From a virus: 64,000 bases of DNA. Where the stretch lies: the IMG/VR virus record IMGVR_UViG_3300023179_009086, positions 1-64,000 of that record; one strand, given 5' to 3'. Below the pieces are notes generated by a model. It saw nothing but the letters and a program-made list of their open reading frames with translations. It was not told the origin of the DNA and ran no database searches. Position 1 is the stretch's first letter. Every line of letters starts with the position of its first letter. Below are positions 56,501-64,000 of the stretch, piece by piece. A program made the translations under genes and the position numbers.

Positions 56501-59500
56501 TAAAATTGTTAAAAACAATACTGGCATAGAGATTTGTGGAAGCAATAAAATTAAATCAAATAAACAAGCAAATAATCGAATTACTGCAAAAGCTAATTTT
56601 ACAGGATTTAATAAAGCACAAATAACGTCAATAATACAAAAAATAACTTTAATAGGAATATAAAGAATTTTTAAAAATTTTAATTGAGCAGAAATTTCTG
56701 CTGTTAAATGAAATGATAAATCACAAACACTTTTTAAAGCCTCTTTAGCTGTAAGGGATTTATCATATATAACTGGACCAACTTTAAGTTTAGCTTTATC
56801 AATAATATCATCTAAAGATTTTTTAGATTGTTTATCTATAGAACTTTTTGCTTTATCAAAAAATTTTTCAATATCTTGACCTGCAGTTGGATCTAAAACT
56901 CTTTCAGCTTTTAATCTATTTCTATTTGAATTTGTAATAATAAATTTAGCACAATCTGATCCAGAAAAATTTAAATTATAAACTGAGGGCTCTAAAATAA
57001 CACTATAAATATAAAATTCTCCATCTCTTTTAATAAAATTTGAACTAGTTCTATAACCACCTAATTCAAATTTTGAATCCTTATCTCCACCTTTTACTTT
57101 TACAATTATCTCTAGAGGTGAGGAGCCTAGTTTTATATTTGAAAAATTATTTTGAAAATATTCTGTTTTATCAAATTTTGTAGTAATACTATAAATTTCT
57201 GGAACTTTAGCTTCAATTACATGAGTTTGCTCTATAAATGTTGATACTATAATAAAAAGTTGATTATCAGATGATTTAGATATAAAACCAGAATCATATT
57301 CAAATGATTCAGGTAAATAAGTATAGTATTGATTTAAAGAATTTATAGAAGTAGACCTTCCACTAGGACCTATATTTGCATCTAGTACAGAATCTACTAT
57401 TCCGGATAAACTATAATTTGCACTAGATAAAGCATCAGTTAATGCAGATGCTTGCCTCATTAGTGAATTTACTTGCTCTACAGCGGCAGTGATTTGAGCA
57501 GCAGTAGCATTAGCATCATTTATTAAAAATTGAAGATTATCTGTAGCATTATTTAAATCAAGAATAGAATTATTTGATGAAGTTGCTAATGCAATAGCTG
57601 CATCAGAAGAGTTATCAGGATTACTTAGTACTTCTTGATTTCTACTGGAAATATTTGAAACTTTTGAACTTGTTTCTGTTAAAATAGATTCTGCAGATTT
57701 TACAGCACTATCTCTATTTTGAATTACATCTAAAGTATTAGAATTTACAACAATTACATTTTCTTCAAGAAATCCATCTTTTTTAATTTCATCAGATAAA
57801 AAAGCACCAAAAATTTTATTAGAACTTTCAGGTAGAATGGTAGATTCTAAATTTCCAAAGGTAATTTCTAAATTAATTGGTTTAATTTTAATAGGAGATA
57901 CAAATTTAATATACAAATCAGAAGAAGAATTTCCACCAATTATTGATCTATATATTGCACCACTACTATTTGATTTATCTGAAGAATCAGATTTATTTAC
58001 ATATCCATATTTTTGGTAGTATGTTAAACCACTAGAATCAATAATTGGAAGAATTAAAGATGCACTATTTTGTTTAAAATTACTAAAATAAGTTTCTATT
58101 CTTCTAGCTTCTAAATTTTTAATTTTAACTACTTGAATATCATTTGATGTAGTTATTTCATAATCTGATGAGTTAAGAGTTTTTGAAACTTTTGTATATA
58201 ATTCAGAACCATAAATAGAATTATATTCATAATCATCTATGCTAATAGATACATCTGAATATCCATTTAGATTTAATGAAGATATACCCCTGAAATAAGC
58301 ACAGGCAATATTACTAGAAAGATAAGTTATTTTTCCAACCAAATTTTTAGTGATTTCTTCAGAACCTATATAAAATTGATAACAATCTTTATAATATTTT
58401 TTATCTTTTTTTGGTGCATTAAATATAATAAAAAGATGATCAAGTGTATCCTGAACAGATATTTTTTCATTTCTAATTTCGTTCAGTCTTGATTCGGAAA
58501 TCATACGAGATGGAATTGCTTTTTTAATTTTAAAATTAATACTATCTTTTTCTGTTTTATTTGCATTTGCAATATTAGAAATATCAAAATTACAAATACA
58601 ATCTTTTTGATTATCTGATTTAGCAATTAATCCAAGAATATATGGAGGATTAATAAAAGCTCGTCTATCTGGATCATCTGATCCAAGTTGAAGAACAGCG
58701 GCCGAAGAATATTTATCAGACTCTGAAAACAAAATTGTAGAATCAGAAGTAAAAATTTCATTTGAAAAAATTAAATAAGCTTTACTTGATGTTATAGGTC
58801 CATCAATTAAAGCTCTAACATTATATGGGCCGGATTCTATAGGTCCGGGAATAGAAATTTCAGCAAAGTTAGATAAAATATTTTTAGAAAAATTTTGGTC
58901 TCCAAAAGACCATATTATTTTTTTATTAGAATAATAAGTTTCTCCATAAATGTTGATAGAAATAACATCTTCTTTTAATCCAAAAGTTTCAACTAATGCT
59001 TTACTTTTTAAAGCTAGATAAGCAAAAATATTATTTTTGTTTTGAGATGTAAAAATATTAGAAGTACATCCAATTTTTATTTTAGCACTATTTCCACTAA
59101 ATAATAGTGGAATAGAGTCGGGACCATTATTATTAATAGAAGTAAAAGTTAAATCTTTAGTTACTCCTTTTGGTTTATAATAAATGGAATTAAATGAACC
59201 AAAATTAACTTTATCAGAACTTTTTCTAGGTAAAGTTGCAGAGGTTGCACTATCAAGAGATATATAAACAACAATATCTTTATTTGTTTCTTTATTTTTA
59301 GTTTTTTTAACTTTAAGATAAACTGGAAATTCTCCCAGGTTAGTTGTCAACTCTGACCATTTTTTATTAATATTTATTATAACCGAATTAGAAGTAGCTA
59401 TAAAACCTGGATCCAATTTATTGGCAATTGTTTTATCTCCAGTGCCCCCTACTACTAGAAGTGCCTCTTCTGCGCTTTCTAAATTTTCACCAATAATTTC

Positions 59501-61519
59501 AATAGATATTTCATCATTAGTTCTAAGCGGGTTACCTCCAAGATATCCATTTGGACTAATAGAGGTAATTTTTGCCTCTCCTAGGGAAATATTTATATTT
59601 GGTCCAGGAAGTCTTACGAATTGTCCGGTTGTATCATCAATTATATATGTAGCAAAACAAATTTTATTTGTAGTATCAGATAAATCAAAATATTGTTCTG
59701 TATCAGTAGATGGAATAGTATTGTCAGTTTTAAAATATTTTTTTAATTTATTTATTCCAGAAGATGAAAGTTTTAAAATCAAATCTTTTGGATCTATTCC
59801 AGAATCAACTGTAGAATCAAGTGAAATTAATTCTATCCAATGTTCTGGAATAACTGTATCAATATCTTTTGGAATAGTAATTTCATTTGAATAATTAAAA
59901 GAAGAAGTAGAATCTGGGGCGCTAAGTAAAAAACGAGGATAGTTACCAGACATAATATATCTAGTATGCTCTTGTTGTGTTGAGTAGAATAAAACTTCTC
60001 TACTATCAATAATTTGATTATTTTCTCTATCTGTAATTACAATTTCTGGTCTATTTATAGAAGATAAAATTGTATCAACAGAAGTTACTCCATATTTGCT
60101 TGTATTATTTTCAAAAAGAGGAATAGTTTTATATTTTTTATATAAATTATTAACTTCTTCTTTTATATTTTGTGTAGTACTAAAATATAAAGGTTTATAA
60201 TCTAATGGAATTGTAGCAATCTCAATTGGTTGAGAATAATTTATTTCTAAATTTTTATCTAAACTTTTATTGTTATTATCTTGAATATTGTTATTTGCAG
60301 CATTAGATTTTATTAAAGGTGCTAAATAATATTTTAATTTAAATTGATTTAAATTATTTATAGAATTTTGTAAATAGATAGAATCTAATCCAGTATAAAT
60401 AATTTCTTCATCAATTTGACTACCGGAATTTTCTGGGTAAGAAATTTCACCATCTTTCAGAGTAAGAGATGGTAGCTGATTATATTTCAATACTAGTGGA
60501 CAATACTCATAAGTTGAGTCATTTTTTGTTAAAATTTCAAGAATATAAAATAAAGATTCTTTAATACCATTATCTTCTCTAGTAGTAAAATTACTATAAT
60601 ATTCAGCAGAATCTCTACCAGAGAGGTCTGGCATTTTGATATAAAAATTAGAATTAAAAAATGTGTAATATCCACATAATTGTAATTTATCATCTGCTTC
60701 TGCAATTAGAACCTCTTCTCCAATTCTATAGAGTGGAAAAATTTCTAAAATTGCAACAGAAATAATATTTTGAATTTCAATTGATGTAAAATTATTTGGA
60801 TTTTGATTTAATTCATTTAATTTTTTATATATATCTAAAAATTTTATATTAAAATTGCCTACAAAAGTTCCGGGTCCGGCTTTGGCTTCTTCATTAACAA
60901 GGCTTAATACAGAATATATATCTAAAATTGACTCAAATGGAATAAATTGAAAAGAAGCAAATGGAGAAATATTTTTATCTCTAAAATTTTTTTGTATATT
61001 TTCACTATAAACTGTTTGAAGATCTGAAGCAGTACTTTGACTAAAAACTGTACTTAAAATAAATTCTGGAACGCCATCTTTTTCATAGAAATTTTTGCTA
61101 GAACCTAAAAATTTTGAAATCTCATAAAAAGTTCTATTTAAAGCAATTTTAAGATCAGATAATTGTTTATATCCTGCAAATGAAACATCTTTTCCTAAAG
61201 CAGAATCTTTTAATAAATATTTTGCAATAATTTTTTCTTTTATAGCTGTTACTTTTGCATCATAAGATGTAGTATCTTTTTTCTTAAAATTATAGTTAGA
61301 ATTATTGGTATTAACCTGTACAATTGCTCCACCAGATAGTGGAATAGCGTCTGCAGTATTAGATGGAATAATAACTTTAGAATATGCAGTAAGAAAGGAT
61401 TTGGTACCTTCTAAATCTGGACTAGTTGGATCACAGTTTACTTGAACAGCAATTTGATCTTCATTAGTATTAATTTCTCCAATGACAAGAGAAGTTATTG
61501 ATATTGGTGTATTACTCAT
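53531..61519 (-). CDS. Giant virion-associated protein with Ig-like domains, a coiled coil and a long hydrophobic helical region
   Basis: ITSISP...IEIIGENL (IPT/TIG-like), Ala/Asn-rich heptads, a ~145-aa Leu/Ile/Cys-rich stretch, C-terminal AGDSATIQIIPRD...YTAKITSKTPGKVTIKASI (invasin/filamin Ig-like). Confidence 0.6.
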   Translation of the reverse strand: MSNTPISITSLVIGEINTNEDQIAVQVNCDPTSPDLEGTKSFLTAYSKVIIPSNTADAIPLSGGAIVQVNTNNSNYNFKKKDTTSYDAKVTAIKEKIIAKYLLKDSALGKDVSFAGYKQLSDLKIALNRTFYEISKFLGSSKNFYEKDGVPEFILSTVFSQSTASDLQTVYSENIQKNFRDKNISPFASFQFIPFESILDIYSVLSLVNEEAKAGPGTFVGNFNIKFLDIYKKLNELNQNPNNFTSIEIQNIISVAILEIFPLYRIGEEVLIAEADDKLQLCGYYTFFNSNFYIKMPDLSGRDSAEYYSNFTTREDNGIKESLFYILEILTKNDSTYEYCPLVLKYNQLPSLTLKDGEISYPENSGSQIDEEIIYTGLDSIYLQNSINNLNQFKLKYYLAPLIKSNAANNNIQDNNNKSLDKNLEINYSQPIEIATIPLDYKPLYFSTTQNIKEEVNNLYKKYKTIPLFENNTSKYGVTSVDTILSSINRPEIVITDRENNQIIDSREVLFYSTQQEHTRYIMSGNYPRFLLSAPDSTSSFNYSNEITIPKDIDTVIPEHWIELISLDSTVDSGIDPKDLILKLSSSGINKLKKYFKTDNTIPSTDTEQYFDLSDTTNKICFATYIIDDTTGQFVRLPGPNINISLGEAKITSISPNGYLGGNPLRTNDEISIEIIGENLESAEEALLVVGGTGDKTIANKLDPGFIATSNSVIININKKWSELTTNLGEFPVYLKVKKTKNKETNKDIVVYISLDSATSATLPRKSSDKVNFGSFNSIYYKPKGVTKDLTFTSINNNGPDSIPLLFSGNSAKIKIGCTSNIFTSQNKNNIFAYLALKSKALVETFGLKEDVISINIYGETYYSNKKIIWSFGDQNFSKNILSNFAEISIPGPIESGPYNVRALIDGPITSSKAYLIFSNEIFTSDSTILFSESDKYSSAAVLQLGSDDPDRRAFINPPYILGLIAKSDNQKDCICNFDISNIANANKTEKDSINFKIKKAIPSRMISESRLNEIRNEKISVQDTLDHLFIIFNAPKKDKKYYKDCYQFYIGSEEITKNLVGKITYLSSNIACAYFRGISSLNLNGYSDVSISIDDYEYNSIYGSELYTKVSKTLNSSDYEITTSNDIQVVKIKNLEARRIETYFSNFKQNSASLILPIIDSSGLTYYQKYGYVNKSDSSDKSNSSGAIYRSIIGGNSSSDLYIKFVSPIKIKPINLEITFGNLESTILPESSNKIFGAFLSDEIKKDGFLEENVIVVNSNTLDVIQNRDSAVKSAESILTETSSKVSNISSRNQEVLSNPDNSSDAAIALATSSNNSILDLNNATDNLQFLINDANATAAQITAAVEQVNSLMRQASALTDALSSANYSLSGIVDSVLDANIGPSGRSTSINSLNQYYTYLPESFEYDSGFISKSSDNQLFIIVSTFIEQTHVIEAKVPEIYSITTKFDKTEYFQNNFSNIKLGSSPLEIIVKVKGGDKDSKFELGGYRTSSNFIKRDGEFYIYSVILEPSVYNLNFSGSDCAKFIITNSNRNRLKAERVLDPTAGQDIEKFFDKAKSSIDKQSKKSLDDIIDKAKLKVGPVIYDKSLTAKEALKSVCDLSFHLTAEISAQLKFLKILYIPIKVIFCIIDVICALLNPVKLAFAVIRLFACLFDLILLLPQISMPVLFLTILLHILELLLCVIQKILGIIVAINETITALDIAVRRRDFESIKNLELVLNEHLLTIEADLQVIEPIVQILGLILELLQLVFSFPCQITQDEDEPACIDPSMLAGLIVGRVAPRGFIVPDAMIPLAQDYTNLSVERTGENGNTPDSENNDPEQIIDVDYNNPPEDGAGNPVNNVLYKVSEAINNGTYIVVPNNTGYAGNPLPDLIDSQTNENKVVLEGGYFSGDQDGDGFIDNINYGKLRFNGGTFDGSFGISCTKSKKRFSFGTATLDRKNDPRFVEFQFKSAGLTSDYAWGIIGIFFKKKIIDDLFTLDSPPAMLSKNGNSLEIHTGSTINQENIKLISPIDGFSDFIEYAGTGSNGTYTYKAKPLVADIEVIESTIDPITYEPITTTTTVTKTFGGIPSFAIVDEKFNVYFIEENGLSIRFDEINGIKYPVVDNIFAKMINFPAAETQKFDREERQVIRKTASYEQKGGLFKSRMVDDLLNYCAQGGNSSSGVFNQGYREELGDAILKMQANAGFFEGISVDIFLLLNGSVSWIEKDPGIFGSKKPIAISGDGSTTDPYTLYLNYRKLNDDLFLSGNPFTELSDDYVGVGGASKFKIYLENLLNTIDPTVLIDNPELFNFPYLDYGIYDFANGNWAENDDFQYAINTIDVYNFPQIYFVDLRQVADDIAAACGASQTNELLLDLPGFNSDFGGDIVRPYLNCVTDFIDFFVGEKGIVVKIREKLAVGDIPSTISVESVMSAYTNLVDCTNKAIDDSCKFVINPLNTTFKLIEDTDETDLEGYIDPSNIVTEVVTDGAVSTMPTITGAMEYASGIGDSVTIKAGDSATIQIIPRDSYDDEIIDSLDAREKIAITIVSDTTATGASIEKIDKNQDLLWAKNGSIYTAKITSKTPGKVTIKASICNVIVQAVTDRGISTVITTTTTGDSSDCIPDATATTISPEIFPPGALVKVDRILTVLFTGNQFVDSTDDSGNGTPSLNPQVAFTDMVN

Positions 61520-61550
61520 AGAATTTATTTTACTTTTTTAAATAAATATT

Positions 61551-63989
61551 TTAAGTTAATTGCGTTGTTAAATCAACAATTTCTGCAGCAACTTCCGCAA
61601 CTCTTTCTGCATCAGTTGGATTACCAGAAGTATTATTAGCTGTATTGGTAGGTGTTCCAGCATCTTTTGGAACTCTACTCTTTTCAAGAACTTTGACTCC
61701 CCCCATACCTCCATTTAAAATAATGCCATTTCTAGATTGAAGAGTTATTGATCCAGCATTATTTATCATCATAGGAGTATTATTTTTCATACCAGAAATT
61801 ACAATTCCTTTTTCACTAATAGAGATTATAAAATCTGAATCAATGGCTTCCGGATTATCACCAGAATTACCCTCCTCTTCATCCATAAGTCCTTTATTTG
61901 TTAAATTTACTCTTAAATCTAATCTACCGGGATTCCAAGTTCCATCACTAGAATGTCCCCCAATATTAAACATGGTATCACCATCAGTTTGTACAGATAA
62001 GCTTCTACCTTTTTTATCTTTACCAAACCACATAACTGCACCACCTTGGGTATCAAGTGTAATGCTTTTTCCATCGGCTGCGTCAGATCCAATAGAAGTC
62101 TCTAAAGATCCTTCTAAATTTATATTTGCGCTAACTCCACTATAAGATGGATCTGATTCCGACTGATCTAAATCACTATTAGAATAGACTGGAAGATCTG
62201 AATATATTTTCCCACCAAAAACAAATGAGCCACCTGGATTAATAATAGGATCTTGAGGATCTATTAGAACTGTTCCATAAGCTTTTTGGTATTCTTTTTG
62301 GCTAGGATTGGAGAGAGAGCCTTCAAATCTAGCGCTTGATTTTTCAAAAGTTTCAGAAACAGCCATACCAATTGTTGCGACACCAGACAAAACAGAGCTT
62401 ACAAGAGGTGGTGGATTTACAGATGTAATGTAATTTGCCAAAAGCATTTCGCAGGCAGCATACATATTATGATATTTAGTAGTATTAACCCTAATTTTTA
62501 AACCATTAACATCTGATTTTCCAAAATAACCATTTGAATTTGAAAATTCTATGCCAGAATATCTAGTGGTATTTAATCCCTTGACTGATAATGCTAAAGC
62601 CGCTGGATCACCACTAGAGGGCGGAAAAATAATTTTTCCATCATTATCTCTTAATGTAACTGGAATTTTCTCCAAAGAACTTGGTTGCGCAAATCCATTA
62701 GTAATCTGGGGAGTATAGTTGTCTGGATCTTTCATAAAATAAGTTTCATCTACATACATAACATTACCATATCTAGATGATTTTGGAATATTAACTTTTA
62801 AAACCCCTTCTTTATCAAGAATTACTCTTGTATTATTTGAAGAAATAAAATCTTCTTTAATATTTGTATGAGTATTTAATTGAAAATGATAACCAATTCC
62901 TCTGCTAAAATTATTTTTTATTTTAATAAAAGCAGGGTTGTTATCCTCAATAACTTGATAAGAATCTCTTGAATTTTTAAAATCATCAAATAAAGTAACT
63001 CCATAGTTAATATTAATTGGACTATAATTATTTTCTTCAGATAATAAATTTCCAGAAATTACTTGCAATAATTGATCTGGTGCCATGTAAAAAAGATTAT
63101 AAAGATTTCTACTTTCATAAAATCTTCCCAGCTCTACACTATCGTAAGCACTATCTGGATTATTTGTTAAATTTAAAATTTGCTTTTCATTTTCAAAACC
63201 AATAAATTTAGCCTTTTCAGTTACTTGATTAATTATTTTTTTATAAAATGTTAATGGAACATTTCTTGGATTATTCATAATTTTAGCATCATAGGCTTTT
63301 GCCGGATAGAGTAATCCAATTTTATTTTCAGTATTTAAATCTGGACGAGTAACCGCATACATATTAGAATTTGATTTAATTTGATCTGATTCATTTTTTG
63401 ATTTCTGATGATATTCTCCAGAAAAGCTTCTAGAAGCAGCAGAAATTATTTGTGAATAATGAGAAATATTATTTAAAAATGTAGAAGAATTTAAAGTTTC
63501 AATAGAAATTCCATTTCCATTATTTTCTAATAATTCTATTGTTCCACTTTGTCCTTTATAGGCTTTAAATAATAATTTTTGATTAATCAAACTTCTTAAT
63601 AAAATATCTCCGGGTTCAACTTCATAGTTTCCATCAATCATGACACCTTGTTCTGTATTAGGCAAAGGTTCTGACATACTTTCATGATTTTGTTGAGCAG
63701 GATTGAAAATTCCTTTAATAATCTGAGTGTGATTTGTAGATCCAGGAAAAACTCTAATAGCAAGAGCTTTAGATCCAGTTTGAGGTTTATAAAATAAACC
63801 AAATTGTCCACCAGTTATGGATCCTAATTCTGTATCAAGAATTTCACTTGGAGCCGAAGTATGTTTTGCAACTATAGTTCCATTACTTGATATTTCTTTG
63901 ATAATTACCTCTTGAGGAATCATGGAGGTAAGATTTTCAAAAATATCGTTTCTAACGGCGTTTATAATTCCTTGAATTATTTTACTCAT
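61551..63989 (-). CDS. Putative baseplate hub/spike (gpV/gp5-like) protein
   Basis: N-terminal GLFYKPQTGS.AL and VEPGDILLRS, C-terminal beta-strand repeats (ITLDTQG, LSVQTDG, ITLQSRNGIILNG), and position upstream of gp25/J. The motif support is weak. Confidence 0.45.
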   Translation of the reverse strand: MSKIIQGIINAVRNDIFENLTSMIPQEVIIKEISSNGTIVAKHTSAPSEILDTELGSITGGQFGLFYKPQTGSKALAIRVFPGSTNHTQIIKGIFNPAQQNHESMSEPLPNTEQGVMIDGNYEVEPGDILLRSLINQKLLFKAYKGQSGTIELLENNGNGISIETLNSSTFLNNISHYSQIISAASRSFSGEYHQKSKNESDQIKSNSNMYAVTRPDLNTENKIGLLYPAKAYDAKIMNNPRNVPLTFYKKIINQVTEKAKFIGFENEKQILNLTNNPDSAYDSVELGRFYESRNLYNLFYMAPDQLLQVISGNLLSEENNYSPININYGVTLFDDFKNSRDSYQVIEDNNPAFIKIKNNFSRGIGYHFQLNTHTNIKEDFISSNNTRVILDKEGVLKVNIPKSSRYGNVMYVDETYFMKDPDNYTPQITNGFAQPSSLEKIPVTLRDNDGKIIFPPSSGDPAALALSVKGLNTTRYSGIEFSNSNGYFGKSDVNGLKIRVNTTKYHNMYAACEMLLANYITSVNPPPLVSSVLSGVATIGMAVSETFEKSSARFEGSLSNPSQKEYQKAYGTVLIDPQDPIINPGGSFVFGGKIYSDLPVYSNSDLDQSESDPSYSGVSANINLEGSLETSIGSDAADGKSITLDTQGGAVMWFGKDKKGRSLSVQTDGDTMFNIGGHSSDGTWNPGRLDLRVNLTNKGLMDEEEGNSGDNPEAIDSDFIISISEKGIVISGMKNNTPMMINNAGSITLQSRNGIILNGGMGGVKVLEKSRVPKDAGTPTNTANNTSGNPTDAERVAEVAAEIVDLTTQLT

Positions 63990-64000
63990 TTTACGACCTC

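Noticed and set aside
3274-63205. All plus-strand ORFs in the track, and the nested minus-strand ORFs 35316-35498 and 40987-41220
   Set aside because: They are short, lie essentially within well-supported genes, and have no recognisable motifs; treated as shadow ORFs.
33637-63989. Bacterial eCIS/tailocin locus or cellular chromosome instead of a phage
   Set aside because: The baseplate genes are contiguous with phage-type RNR, DnaB, a UvsW-like helicase and a homing endonuclease on a single strand, with no housekeeping context. Capsid genes are not in the window, so this is not formally proven.
1-64000. Alternative genetic code (TAG or TGA reassignment), as in some large phages
   Set aside because: Genes up to 9.5 kb are open in the standard code, and TAA, TAG and TGA all occur at natural ends of conserved proteins.
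1-64000. tRNA, rRNA genes and the RNR beta subunit
   Set aside because: None recognised. Intergenic gaps are too short or too AT-rich for structured RNA genes, and nrdB presumably lies outside the window.

Overview
This is a 64-kb piece of a very AT-rich, large myovirus-type (jumbo) phage genome. Every credible gene is on the minus strand and reads in the standard bacterial code. In transcription order (right to left) there are five modules. (1) Contractile-tail baseplate genes in P2-like V-W-J-I-H order, with greatly enlarged subunits (812, 2662, 678, 142, 1103, 3159 and about 1500 aa). (2) A ~17-kb glycan island: 10 glycosyltransferases, GlmS, GDP-mannose 4,6-dehydratase, a truncated NDP-sugar dehydrogenase, a cupin, a methyltransferase and a sulfotransferase-like protein, interrupted by a free-standing endonuclease cassette. 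(3) Tubulin/FtsZ-family GTPase, SF2 helicase, an Sm/Hfq-like protein, a DnaC-like loader and DnaB. (4) A PrkA-YeaH-SpoVR triad followed directly by a stand-alone diadenylate-cyclase (DAC) domain protein. (5) A class Ia ribonucleotide reductase alpha subunit with two cis inteins, fractured into two genes by an atypically split third intein. The best novelty candidates are the split intein (apparently joined by a degenerate intein-like clasp), the PrkA/YeaH/SpoVR + DAC module, and the baseplate-adjacent glycosylation island. All product calls come from motifs recognised by eye; no database searches were run.
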